A DNA stretch of 64,000 bases from a virus. A program made the position numbers and the translations under genes. A model generated the notes under the pieces. It saw only the letters and a program-made list of their open reading frames with translations, had not been told where the DNA came from and ran no database searches. Shown in pieces: positions 17,148-26,633 of this stretch. Positions within the stretch are counted from its first letter, which is position 1; every line of letters begins with the position of its first letter. Location of the stretch: positions 1 to 64,000 of IMG/VR virus record IMGVR_UViG_3300008267_000009. One strand, written 5' to 3'.

Positions 17148-20100
17148 ATGGCAAGAAAAATTTTAGTAGAAACACATTATACATTTACACCATCGACTAA
17201 GACTTTGGTGATTCCAAAGGCAATCCCACGAGAGAGACTGCTTTTAATTACAAACGTTACCCAAAATCAGGTAATTTATAACTTCTCTGACCCTTCACTT
17301 AATGCAACATCTTATGTTTCATTAGAGGCAAATGGTGTCGAGACCACGACCATCGTTTTTGCATATAATACAGCAGCGATGTTGTCTACAGATAAAATTT
17401 CAATCACATTGGATGAGGTGGATGAATCATTTACTCCATCAGAAACAATGTTGGATCCAACAAATAAGCTTAGAGTAACTCAGCCACAAGCTCTTATTGA
17501 TACAGACTTTGAATATGGAACACAGATTTCAAAGTGGGAAAACTTAGCTCTCTATAACAACAAGCCTTTTGCTTACGCATCTCCAACTCCAATTGCAAAT
17601 ATTGGATCAATTACTTACGGCTTGGGAACAAACGTTGTAACCGTATCATTAACTTCAGGAGTTGGTCCAAATAACGGAGACCCTATTTCTGTACAAGATA
17701 CATTTGCTCCAGCAGCAAACGGTAACTTTGTTGTGGAGTCTGGTGGAGGAACAAATACATTCACTTATACAGCTTCTTCAAAAAATAGCCAAGCTAACCT
17801 AACAAATATTTTAGACACAAATAAAACAGCAATTTATAGAGCTACAGTATTTAGTGGCGCAAGAATTGGATTTATTCCAGCATTAACCTATTCTACTAAT
17901 AGAATTAACGTTACTACTACAGTAGACCACGGACTAGCAATTGGAAACGAAATTGTTGTTAAGGGATCAACAGCTACAACAAATCCACCAAACGGTAACT
18001 TTGTTGTTGCAACAGTTCTTAGCCCAACACAGTTTGTGTATTACGCAAATAACGTTCCAACAGGAACACTAGGAGGGCCAACAGAAATTTATGTTAGACC
18101 TCAAGGTGTTTTCTTGCATAGACCAGCAGACGGCGGAGTAATTTTTGGTACTCAAGCTGGTTCTAACTACGGAGAAGCATATCGTCAAACAAGACGTTAC
18201 TTTAGATATCAATCTGGTAAGGGCATTCAAATGTCTTCAGGAACAATTCTAAAGCCATACGCAGGTATTGACTCAATTACTTCATCTGGAACAACTGTAA
18301 CTGTTGTTACAAAAGAAAAGCACTGTATCCAGCCAGGAACTATAGTAAAAATTGGTGGTGCTGATCAATCAGCATACAATGGAACATTCGTGGTAAACGA
18401 TATTCTAGGATACAATAGGTTCTCATATACAGCTCTATCTACACCATCAAGCACTATTGCAACTGGCAACGTGTTTGCTTCTATTGAAGCATGGTACGGA
18501 TGTCAAAATAGACTTGGTATGTTTGATGAGCAAAACGGAGTATTTTTTGAGTATGACGGAACAAAGCTTTATGCAGTTCGTAGAAGCTCAACAACTCAAC
18601 TTTCTGGAAGAATTAACGTAACTAACGGTTCAGACGTTGTTGTTCAGTCACTTAGCGAACAACCAACATATTTTAGCAAGCAGTTAATTCCAGGAGATAC
18701 AATTGTAATTAGAGGACAATCTTACAGAATTACTTCGATTACAAATGATATTGAAATGAATATTTCTCCTGCATATAGAGGAGCAACAGCTTCACTATGT
18801 ATTTACTCAAAGACAATTGATACAAGAGTTCCTCAAGATCAATTTAACATGGACAAGGCAGATGGAACAGGACCTTCACAATATACAATGGACCTTTCTA
18901 AGATGCAGATGTTCTATATCGACTATACATGGTATGGAGCAGGATTTATCCGTTGGGGTGTAAGAGGTCCAAAGGGTAACATTATTTATTTGCACAGAAT
19001 GCAAAACAATAACGTTAACACTGAAGCGTATATGCGCTCTGGTAACCTTCCAGGTAGATATTCTTCAACTACAAACCCTCCTTTTACAAGCCTAACAGAT
19101 ACAGTATTGACTACTGGCACATCTTTGCCAGTAAAAGATACATCAAGATTCCCTAGCTCTGGAACCTTGGTTGTTAGAAATACAACACAGGTTGAGTATG
19201 TAAATTATTCTGGTAAAACAGCAACATCATTTACTGGTTTAACTCGTGCAAAGCTTGGAGCACAAAACGTAGCAATTACTATTGGAAGCGGACAAAATAG
19301 AGGAAATATTACACTTGGTGCTGATACAGCAAAAATTCAGGTTGGTATGAGAGTCGTTGGGTCAGAGTATCCAGATGAGACTTTTGTATCTGCAATTAAC
19401 TACGATACAGGAGCAATTACATTTAGCCAGCCAGTAGCTGCAGCTAACTCTGCTTTCTCAGCAGTTCCAATGGGATCAGATGTTCCTCTACAGTTTACCT
19501 ATGACGCACAATCACCAGCATGTGTTGAGTTAGCTTTCCCAACATTTGCAGCAACTATTTCACACTGGGGAACATCAGTTATTATGGACGGACAGTATGA
19601 TGAAGATAAGTCACTTATCTTTACATATGGACAGAGAACTGCAACTTCAGTTCCATCAGGAGCAACAAGAGCACTTCTTTCAATTCGTGTAGCACCTTCT
19701 GCAGATAACGGAATTGCTGCAAACTTTGGTGCTCGTGAAATTGTAAATAGAATGCAGCTTGCCATGAGGGCCCTTGACGTATCTGTATCATCAGGTTCAA
19801 CAATTCTGGTACAGGCAATACTTAATGGAACACCATCACAGTCATTAACATGGACAAATGCAGTTGGTAACGTAACAGGCGCAGTCAACTCATCTCTTGC
19901 ACAAATTGCAGACTATTCTGGTCAAAGCTCAACAGTTTCTGGCGGAGAAGTTACTGGTGGATTCTTTACCACTGGAACAAACTCAGTTGACCTAAGTACA
20001 CTTAGAGATCTAGGAAACTCTATCTTGGGTGGAGGAGGAACCGTAACAACTTCTGGTATTTATCCAGACGGTCCAGACGTTCTAACAATTACAGCAACAA

Positions 20101-20162
20101 ACCTCGGAGGGTCAACTGCTAGCGTTTACTCTCGTCTATCTTGGACAGAAGCATCAGCGTAA
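17148..20162 (+). CDS. Large virion structural protein
   Basis: 1004 aa, Thr/Ser/Gly-rich; KLRVTQPQALIDTDFEYG, RQTRRYFRYQSGK, WYGAGFIRWG motifs seen in phage structural proteins. Confidence 0.65.
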   Translation: MARKILVETHYTFTPSTKTLVIPKAIPRERLLLITNVTQNQVIYNFSDPSLNATSYVSLEANGVETTTIVFAYNTAAMLSTDKISITLDEVDESFTPSETMLDPTNKLRVTQPQALIDTDFEYGTQISKWENLALYNNKPFAYASPTPIANIGSITYGLGTNVVTVSLTSGVGPNNGDPISVQDTFAPAANGNFVVESGGGTNTFTYTASSKNSQANLTNILDTNKTAIYRATVFSGARIGFIPALTYSTNRINVTTTVDHGLAIGNEIVVKGSTATTNPPNGNFVVATVLSPTQFVYYANNVPTGTLGGPTEIYVRPQGVFLHRPADGGVIFGTQAGSNYGEAYRQTRRYFRYQSGKGIQMSSGTILKPYAGIDSITSSGTTVTVVTKEKHCIQPGTIVKIGGADQSAYNGTFVVNDILGYNRFSYTALSTPSSTIATGNVFASIEAWYGCQNRLGMFDEQNGVFFEYDGTKLYAVRRSSTTQLSGRINVTNGSDVVVQSLSEQPTYFSKQLIPGDTIVIRGQSYRITSITNDIEMNISPAYRGATASLCIYSKTIDTRVPQDQFNMDKADGTGPSQYTMDLSKMQMFYIDYTWYGAGFIRWGVRGPKGNIIYLHRMQNNNVNTEAYMRSGNLPGRYSSTTNPPFTSLTDTVLTTGTSLPVKDTSRFPSSGTLVVRNTTQVEYVNYSGKTATSFTGLTRAKLGAQNVAITIGSGQNRGNITLGADTAKIQVGMRVVGSEYPDETFVSAINYDTGAITFSQPVAAANSAFSAVPMGSDVPLQFTYDAQSPACVELAFPTFAATISHWGTSVIMDGQYDEDKSLIFTYGQRTATSVPSGATRALLSIRVAPSADNGIAANFGAREIVNRMQLAMRALDVSVSSGSTILVQAILNGTPSQSLTWTNAVGNVTGAVNSSLAQIADYSGQSSTVSGGEVTGGFFTTGTNSVDLSTLRDLGNSILGGGGTVTTSGIYPDGPDVLTITATNLGGSTASVYSRLSWTEASA

Positions 20163-20183
20163 AAGAATAAGGAGGAGACTTAA

Positions 20184-20687
20184 ATGTCTGTACAAAAAGT
20201 AAAAATACCTTATAACGCTGAACTATCAGTAAAAACTCTGTCGGTAGCAGAAGAATTTGGTGTTAATGGTTCCGCCACACTAGGCGGAACTGTTAACCTT
20301 ACTGGAACTATGAATACTGGTAATGGAACATTAAATTTTTCAGATGGACCTCAGTCTAAACAAGGCGTTCCTTCTATTACTAAAATAAATAAGGTTTATT
20401 CAAATTATACTCTTTCTTCTTTAGACGAAAGAGACTCTATAATTGAAATGTCATTAAAGGTTGCTGGAACACTAACTATTCCAGCAGACACACCTTCTCT
20501 AACATTTCCAATAGGAACAACTATAGATGTTATTCAAACCAATTCTGGTCAAATTACTATAGGTAGTGCTTTTGGAGTTAATCTTAATGCTACCCCAGGA
20601 TTAAAAATAAGAAGTCAGTGGTCAATTGCCACTCTATTAAAACGGGATGCTAACACATGGTTAGTATTCGGAGATCTTACGGCTTAG
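20184..20687 (+). CDS. Fibre-associated structural protein
   Basis: FPIGTTIDVIQ..GQITI...RSQWS.ATLLKR..NTW.VFGDL domain common in phage fibres. Confidence 0.6.
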   Translation: MSVQKVKIPYNAELSVKTLSVAEEFGVNGSATLGGTVNLTGTMNTGNGTLNFSDGPQSKQGVPSITKINKVYSNYTLSSLDERDSIIEMSLKVAGTLTIPADTPSLTFPIGTTIDVIQTNSGQITIGSAFGVNLNATPGLKIRSQWSIATLLKRDANTWLVFGDLTA

Positions 20688-20695
20688 GAGTATAA

Positions 20696-22357
20696 GTGGG
20701 AAAGAAATCTGGTAAGAAGTCAGCAGCAGCAGGCGATTTTGAAAAGCCGTTGCCACCACTTAACCCTGTAGCAACAGATGTTGGAACAAATAGACTTTTT
20801 AATAATGGAGCCGCAACAGTAAGCTTTACAGTAGATCCATTAAGTACTGTTCCAACAAGCTTTACAGTAAGATCTACTCCAGGAAGTTTTACTGGTGAAG
20901 GATCGGCAAGCCCAATTACAGTTGTAGGACTTCAAAGTAATGTTAATTATACTTTTAAAGTTTTAGCAACAAATGCTAATGGTAACTCAGATGAATCTGT
21001 ATCTTCAAATCAAATTTTAGCAACTACAGTTCCTGGTATTCCAAGAACTCCAGCAGTTTCGTCAACTGTAGCAGATCAAGATGTTGTATCTTGGACAGCA
21101 CCAGCAAATGACGGTGGAAAAGCTATTTCTAGTTATAGAATTACATCTAGTGATCCAAACACTCAGCCACCTTCAGATGGAACACCAGGTCCAGTTTATA
21201 ATAACGTAACATCACCATACACAATCTCAGAGGTTGGTGGAACTTCACAGTCTTATACAGTAGTAGCAATTAATGCTAACGGAACTTCTGTTGGAGCTAC
21301 AACAAATCAAGTAACAACATTCTTTAGCCCACCGTCATTCTTCGGCCCACCAGGATTCTTTGCCCCACCAGCATTTTTCTTGCCACCAACTTTCTTCGTT
21401 CCACCTCTTTTCTTTACGCCACCAGATTTCTTTGCACCACCACGCTTCTTTGCACCACCACGTTTCTTTTCTCCTCCAGGGTTCTTTGCCCCTCCAGGAT
21501 TCTTTGGCCCACCGTTTTTCTTTGGACCCCCAGCATTCTTTGGTCCTCCAGGATTCTTTAGCCCACCAGGGTTCTTTGCCCCGCCAGCGTTTTTTAGCCC
21601 ACCACGCTTCTTCGGCCCACCGTTCTTCTTCGGCCCACCAGGGTTCTTTGGTCCTCCAGGATTCTTTGCACCACCACGTTTCTTCGGCCCACCAGGGTTC
21701 TTTGGTCCTCCAGGATTCTTTAGCCCACCAAGATTCTTTAGCCCACCACGTTTCTTTGGTCCTCCAGGATTCTTTAGCCCACCAAGATTCTTTAGCCCAC
21801 CAAGATTCTTTAGCCCACCAAGATTTTGTATTCAGGAGGATACTCCTGTACTCACAACGGACGGGTACAAGAAAGCAAAAGATATTGTTATAGGAGACAC
21901 ACTAGCTACGCTAGACTTTGACGATATAACATACGGAGCAGACAATTGTTCGTTTGGAGTAGTTACAGCAGAATGTTCAGAAATAGTAAATTCATGGTCA
22001 GTTAATGAGTTAAAAAATCATAAACTATTAAATTCTAAAATAACTAATATTTTAACTGAATCTCATAATAAAACTATGGTTATTAACGATGATCAAGATA
22101 AGAGATTTTCATTAAAAGAAGATGTTTTAATTTATAAAAATAATAAATATGTTATTGTTACAGTTGAAAACTTATCTGTAGGAGATTCTTTAGTTATTTA
22201 CTCAGATGAATCTATCAATATTGTTCCAATAACTAGTTTAAATATTATAAAAGAGAAAACAAATACAATTCTTTTCTATAGAGAGCCATACGGCATGATT
22301 ATTGCTGGAGGTATGCTTGCATACAATGGATGCCCCATCCATATGTTGACTAACTAG
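20696..22357 (+). CDS. FN3-domain / (FFxPPx)28 repeat / C-terminal Hint-domain protein
   Basis: Two FN3-like domains (YTFKV.ATNANG.S; VSWTAPANDGG..I.SY), 28 hexapeptide repeats, Hint from CIQEDTPVLTTDG to AGGMLAYN. Confidence 0.85.
   Translation: MGKKSGKKSAAAGDFEKPLPPLNPVATDVGTNRLFNNGAATVSFTVDPLSTVPTSFTVRSTPGSFTGEGSASPITVVGLQSNVNYTFKVLATNANGNSDESVSSNQILATTVPGIPRTPAVSSTVADQDVVSWTAPANDGGKAISSYRITSSDPNTQPPSDGTPGPVYNNVTSPYTISEVGGTSQSYTVVAINANGTSVGATTNQVTTFFSPPSFFGPPGFFAPPAFFLPPTFFVPPLFFTPPDFFAPPRFFAPPRFFSPPGFFAPPGFFGPPFFFGPPAFFGPPGFFSPPGFFAPPAFFSPPRFFGPPFFFGPPGFFGPPGFFAPPRFFGPPGFFGPPGFFSPPRFFSPPRFFGPPGFFSPPRFFSPPRFFSPPRFCIQEDTPVLTTDGYKKAKDIVIGDTLATLDFDDITYGADNCSFGVVTAECSEIVNSWSVNELKNHKLLNSKITNILTESHNKTMVINDDQDKRFSLKEDVLIYKNNKYVIVTVENLSVGDSLVIYSDESINIVPITSLNIIKEKTNTILFYREPYGMIIAGGMLAYNGCPIHMLTN
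21320..21823 (+). repeat. 28 x 18-bp coding tandem repeat (FFxPPx)
   Basis: 504 nt; units FFSPPS, FFGPPG, FFAPPA ... FFSPPR; degenerate at synonymous sites. Confidence 0.97.
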
Positions 22358-22374
22358 ATATTAAATGCTAAAGT
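22346..22374 (+). promoter_or_regulatory. Promoter for the oxygenase cluster (leaderless)
   Basis: TTGACT-17nt-TAAAGT with TGc extension, 6 nt before ATG at 22381. Confidence 0.65.
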
Positions 22375-22380
22375 AGGAAT

Positions 22381-22995
22381 ATGAATAAAATAGAAATATT
22401 CCCAGGTATATGGAAATTTGAAAATGTTTTTGATAAGTCATTTGATGTAATAAATGAAATTGAAAAAGCCGTATCAAAAGGGGATTGCTCTTGGGCTAAA
22501 GCTCAAGTAGGACTAGAAGAAACAGATATAGAATATAGAGACTGTTATGATTTTAAGCTAAGCGATTTAGGAAAAGATCATAATATATATAAACATCTTT
22601 ATGAATCTCAAAAGCCTTATGTAGATGCATATTGCGATTATTACCAAATAAAAATGGGTTTTTGGGAATGGACTAATGTTGTTAAATATGGTCCAGGACA
22701 ATATTTTAAAGAGCATGCAGATCATGGATGGTCATATATATCTACAGTTTCATTAGTATCTTATCCAAATGACGACTATGTTGGAGGAGAATTAGCTTTT
22801 CCAAAATTAAAGATTTTTGAAAAACCAAAGGCAGGGGACTTATACATATTTCCTTCTACCTATTTGTTTTCCCACGTAGCAATGCCAGTAAGGTCGGGAA
22901 CTAAATATTCATTTGTAACAATGCTAGATTATAATGATGACACTCATACTGTAGAGTATGAAGAATATATAGATAGAAAGTATGGTATAAAATAA
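22381..22995 (+). CDS. 2OG-Fe(II) oxygenase, prolyl-4-hydroxylase-like
   Basis: HAD..YPNDDYVGGELAFP..SHVAMPVRSGTKYS. Confidence 0.88.
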   Translation: MNKIEIFPGIWKFENVFDKSFDVINEIEKAVSKGDCSWAKAQVGLEETDIEYRDCYDFKLSDLGKDHNIYKHLYESQKPYVDAYCDYYQIKMGFWEWTNVVKYGPGQYFKEHADHGWSYISTVSLVSYPNDDYVGGELAFPKLKIFEKPKAGDLYIFPSTYLFSHVAMPVRSGTKYSFVTMLDYNDDTHTVEYEEYIDRKYGIK

Positions 22996-23693
22996 TGTTT
23001 TCTCCAAATGCAGAGTACTTACATTACGGAATTGTTGTATATAGAGATGTTTTTACAAAAGAAATGGACCTTGTAAACAGACTAGAAAATTCTTTAAGTA
23101 AGAGCGAAGGTAAATATAAGTGGAATCAGTCTCAAACTGGTTATGCACATACAGATTTAAAATATAGAGATGCACACGATTTTAAAATTAAAAGAAATAG
23201 CGATGACAGTCTAATGCTATCAATGCAGTATGTTAATAAAGACAATAAAAAAGAGGCCGAAATAGAGTTAGAAAAAATTTGGGAAGACTCTTATAAAGCA
23301 CAGCTAAAGCCAGTTGAAGAATATCGTAATGCTTTTGGACTTGCCCCATTAAACTATTGGGAGTCATTTAACTTTGTTAAGTATGGACCAAACCAACACT
23401 TCCAGGTTCATTCAGATCACGGATACTCCTACATTTGTGTGCTTTCTTCTGTTGGATATATTAATGATGATTACGAAGGCGGAGAGCTCTTCTTTGATAA
23501 GTTTAACTTAAAGATTAAACCAAAAGCAGGAGATCTTTATTTATTCCCGTCTTCTTATATTTATTCTCATGCAGCAATGCCAGTAACAAGCGGAACAAAA
23601 TATTCAATTGTTACTATGCTAGATTATCTAGAAGCTCCACATACGCCAGACTATCGTGATATTGAAAAGAGATATACAGAAGGTTATGTATAA
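22995..23693 (+). CDS. 2OG-Fe(II) oxygenase, prolyl-4-hydroxylase-like
   Basis: HSD..YINDDYEGGELFF..SHAAMPVTSGTKYS. Confidence 0.88.
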   Translation: MFSPNAEYLHYGIVVYRDVFTKEMDLVNRLENSLSKSEGKYKWNQSQTGYAHTDLKYRDAHDFKIKRNSDDSLMLSMQYVNKDNKKEAEIELEKIWEDSYKAQLKPVEEYRNAFGLAPLNYWESFNFVKYGPNQHFQVHSDHGYSYICVLSSVGYINDDYEGGELFFDKFNLKIKPKAGDLYLFPSSYIYSHAAMPVTSGTKYSIVTMLDYLEAPHTPDYRDIEKRYTEGYV

Positions 23694-24405
23694 AATAAAA
23701 GCTTATGTTTCTTCTGAAGATGCTGCTACATTGTCTCCTTTACAGGCAAAACGTGAGTGGATGGAGCAAACATATGACAGACATGCGTATACTTGTTTCC
23801 CAGTAACTTTAACAAATACTCTTGGTTGGTCATTATCTTTTCCAGAAGACATAACTTTTGTTTGGGATGGAAAATCAGATTCTAGTAAAGATCACGTAAA
23901 AATTCTTGCTGGACATAAATATTGCTACACAGAAAGAGCTAATGCAACTATAAGTTTTAAAACAGGATTAATTTTTAAAACTGAAGAAAATGTTAGCCTA
24001 CTTGGAATGCCAGCCCCTAATTACTTTTTAGATGGGGCTCAACCTTTTACAACAGCAATAAGCACTTCTTTTTATACTGCAGAATTTCCAGTAGCGTGGA
24101 GAATAACTAAGCCGTATACTCCAATTACAATTCCAGCAGGACACCCAGTAATATCAGTAATACCAGTGTCACTTGGCGAAATCGAGCTTTCAGAAATAGA
24201 GATGCTAAATAAAAACACTATGCCTATTTCTCCATATGCAGATCAATATAATGAAACAGAACATATTAAATATGTTGCAAAGCTTGCAGAAGAAAACAAG
24301 TGGACTAATTTTTATCGTGATGCTGTAGATTATTTAGGAAATAAATTGGGTAAACATGAAGTTAAAAGTTTAAAACTTAAGGTGGTAAATAATGCCAAAA
24401 ATTAA
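23686..24405 (+). CDS. DUF6065-like protein
   Basis: REWM...HAYTCFPVTLTNTLGW ... IPAGHPVISVIP; ATG at 23686. Confidence 0.6.
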   Translation: MYKIKAYVSSEDAATLSPLQAKREWMEQTYDRHAYTCFPVTLTNTLGWSLSFPEDITFVWDGKSDSSKDHVKILAGHKYCYTERANATISFKTGLIFKTEENVSLLGMPAPNYFLDGAQPFTTAISTSFYTAEFPVAWRITKPYTPITIPAGHPVISVIPVSLGEIELSEIEMLNKNTMPISPYADQYNETEHIKYVAKLAEENKWTNFYRDAVDYLGNKLGKHEVKSLKLKVVNNAKN

Positions 24406-25132
24406 ATTTGGTTCTGCAAGACCTTATAATAATGAAAATGAGCACAAGTCTTTAGAGCCAGGGCCAGCTAAAAATTTTATGCCAAATTGGTGGAAAGATG
24501 CAACAAAATATTGGGTTGATGATAACGGAGATCCAATAATGGCAGCATACAATAAAGATGATGAGCTAGAAAAATCTTTAGGGTTTAAATCTTGTCCAGC
24601 ACTCCTAGATGTTTTTTCAACAGGATATGTTTTAAGAACTCCGACAGACATAATGTTTGCCCAGTATGATGGAGAGCCACATGTAATTATTGATCCAAAA
24701 TATAAAGATTTTTGTGAAGCAAGAAGTAGCATGCCACAGTTTGAATATCCTCATGGATATAGCAAAAAGCATTTTCATTGGTGGCCTAATTGGGGAATAC
24801 AAATGCCAGATGGATATAGTGCTTTAGTAACTTCTCCTCTCAATAGAAATGATCTACCATTTTTAACAGTTAATGGAATAATAGATAGCGATAGGTATAC
24901 TTTGCCAGGCTTAATGCCATTCTTTTTAAAAGAAGGGTTTTCTGGTTTAATTCCAAAAGGAACACCGTTTGCTCAGATATTTCCGATAAAGCGTGAGGCT
25001 TGGACTTCAGAGATGGTATACTATAGTAATGACGAAATGTACGATAGGCACATGTCAATCGTATCAAAATTTAGAGTTAAATTTGGCGGAGTTTATAAAA
25101 AAACAACTTGGGTTAAAAAAAGCTATGAATAA
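24392..25132 (+). CDS. DUF6065-related protein
   Basis: MPNWWK, FKSCPALLD..GYVLRTP, GYSALVTSPLNR, GIIDSD, IPKGTPFAQIFP. Confidence 0.55.
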   Translation: MPKIKFGSARPYNNENEHKSLEPGPAKNFMPNWWKDATKYWVDDNGDPIMAAYNKDDELEKSLGFKSCPALLDVFSTGYVLRTPTDIMFAQYDGEPHVIIDPKYKDFCEARSSMPQFEYPHGYSKKHFHWWPNWGIQMPDGYSALVTSPLNRNDLPFLTVNGIIDSDRYTLPGLMPFFLKEGFSGLIPKGTPFAQIFPIKREAWTSEMVYYSNDEMYDRHMSIVSKFRVKFGGVYKKTTWVKKSYE

Positions 25133-25141
25133 GGAGAAAAA

Positions 25142-25894
25142 ATGGACAATATAATTTCTTTCGATAGTGACGTTTTGTTTAAAAGCGCTCACGACGATGA
25201 TATCATTCAAAATCATGATTCTTTAGAAGAGGGTAAGCATATTAGAACTGCTAGAAAGTCAATCACCCCTTCAGGTTATTTTGGGTCTGGTCCAGAGATG
25301 ATAGGCGAAATAGAAAATTTTCTTACAGAAGAAGAGTGCGACTATCTAGAAAATTTTGCCAGAAACAATAAGATCTGGGACGTAACCGAATCTCATTATA
25401 ATGAAAATGGCACAATTATTTATGATCACAGACCATGGGAAAATAGAGTAGCTACACTAAACACCTTAATGAAAGCAGATCAAAAAGTTGTAGACATGCT
25501 TCGTGAAGTAATAGCAAGATTTAAACCAGTTATAGAAGATTTTTTTGGTGTTGTAGAAGTTGAGCCAACAAACCCAGCTATAGTTAGATGGCCAGTAGGA
25601 ACTTTTCAATTTCCACATGCAGATAAAGAATTACACGAGGGTCCAGATGCAGGAACTGAAAACGATTTCCCTTGGTATGACCTAGGAACAATATTTTATT
25701 TAAACGAAGATTATGAAGGAGGGGAGCTTCATTTCCCATTACAAAAAATTGCATTCAAGCCAAAAAGAAGAGCGGTATATTTTTTCCCAGGAGACAAAAA
25801 TTATATTCACGGAGTAGATAAGGTTACAAAGGGAACAAGATATACATCTCCATGGTTTTGGACTATTAAACAATTAACAAAGGAAGACAAGTGA
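25142..25894 (+). CDS. 2OG-Fe(II) oxygenase, prolyl-4-hydroxylase-like
   Basis: ENFLTEEEC, HAD, YLNEDYEGGELHFP, IHGV..V..GTRYT. Confidence 0.88.
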   Translation: MDNIISFDSDVLFKSAHDDDIIQNHDSLEEGKHIRTARKSITPSGYFGSGPEMIGEIENFLTEEECDYLENFARNNKIWDVTESHYNENGTIIYDHRPWENRVATLNTLMKADQKVVDMLREVIARFKPVIEDFFGVVEVEPTNPAIVRWPVGTFQFPHADKELHEGPDAGTENDFPWYDLGTIFYLNEDYEGGELHFPLQKIAFKPKRRAVYFFPGDKNYIHGVDKVTKGTRYTSPWFWTIKQLTKEDK

Positions 25895-26631
25895 TTAGTC
25901 AAGAAATTTTAGATAAATATCCAACAATTAAAGAGTGGAAAGACGACGTCTTTACTGTTGAAAATTTTATTTCCGAGCAAGAAGCAGAAGCTATGATTAA
26001 ATATTTAGAATCATTAGTTGAAAGTGGAAGACTTAAGTGGAATCAAATTTCTTTTTATGACTCTTTTGCAATGGGATTCTGGGACTCAGATCCTACTCTG
26101 CCAGAGTTTGGCCTACCAGAAGACTACTTTAACAGATTAAAGTTTAAATTTAAAAAGTGTGGCGAAGATATATTTGGACATAAATTTGCTGAAATTAGTT
26201 ATCATGCTCAAAAGTGGGTAGAAGGAGCTTTCGCAGATTTTCATTCAGACAATTCAAAAGACGGTAAGCCAACAGCGTTTGAAAGAAGTAGATATGCTGG
26301 ATTCTTATACTTAAATGATGATTTTGATGGAGGCATATTAAACTTTCAACATTATGATATAGCAATAAAGCCAAAGGTTGGTTTATATGCAATATTTAAA
26401 GGCGGACATGGTAACGAACACGAAGTCACTCAAGTCAAAAATACTAGAAGAGATAGATATACAATAGGATCTTTTTGGGATGACGCTAGAATGGAATATA
26501 CAGACGAACAAAGGCAAAGGTGGGCTGATGAATTAGCTGCAACTAGAAAAGAACAAGATTTGTCTTACGATCAATGGGCAAAAGACAAAGCTGCTGGAAA
26601 TGCTCCAATTTATAAGGGTAAGGGTGAATAG
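25891..26631 (+). CDS. 2OG-Fe(II) oxygenase, prolyl-4-hydroxylase-like
   Basis: HSD, YLNDDFDGG.L.F, EHEV..V....RYT. Confidence 0.86.
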   Translation: MISQEILDKYPTIKEWKDDVFTVENFISEQEAEAMIKYLESLVESGRLKWNQISFYDSFAMGFWDSDPTLPEFGLPEDYFNRLKFKFKKCGEDIFGHKFAEISYHAQKWVEGAFADFHSDNSKDGKPTAFERSRYAGFLYLNDDFDGGILNFQHYDIAIKPKVGLYAIFKGGHGNEHEVTQVKNTRRDRYTIGSFWDDARMEYTDEQRQRWADELAATRKEQDLSYDQWAKDKAAGNAPIYKGKGE

Positions 26632-26633
26632 TA

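Noticed and set aside
21320-21823. Possible CRISPR array or non-coding satellite
   Set aside because: There are no spacers; variation is synonymous or limited to x positions, so it is a coding repeat
21360-21893. His/Ser/Leu-rich 177-aa ORF
   Set aside because: It is the alternate-frame shadow of the 18-bp FFxPPx repeat, with no RBS
21827-22357. Canonical mobile intein
   Set aside because: No homing endonuclease, the +1 residue is Gly, and the C-extein is only 9 aa
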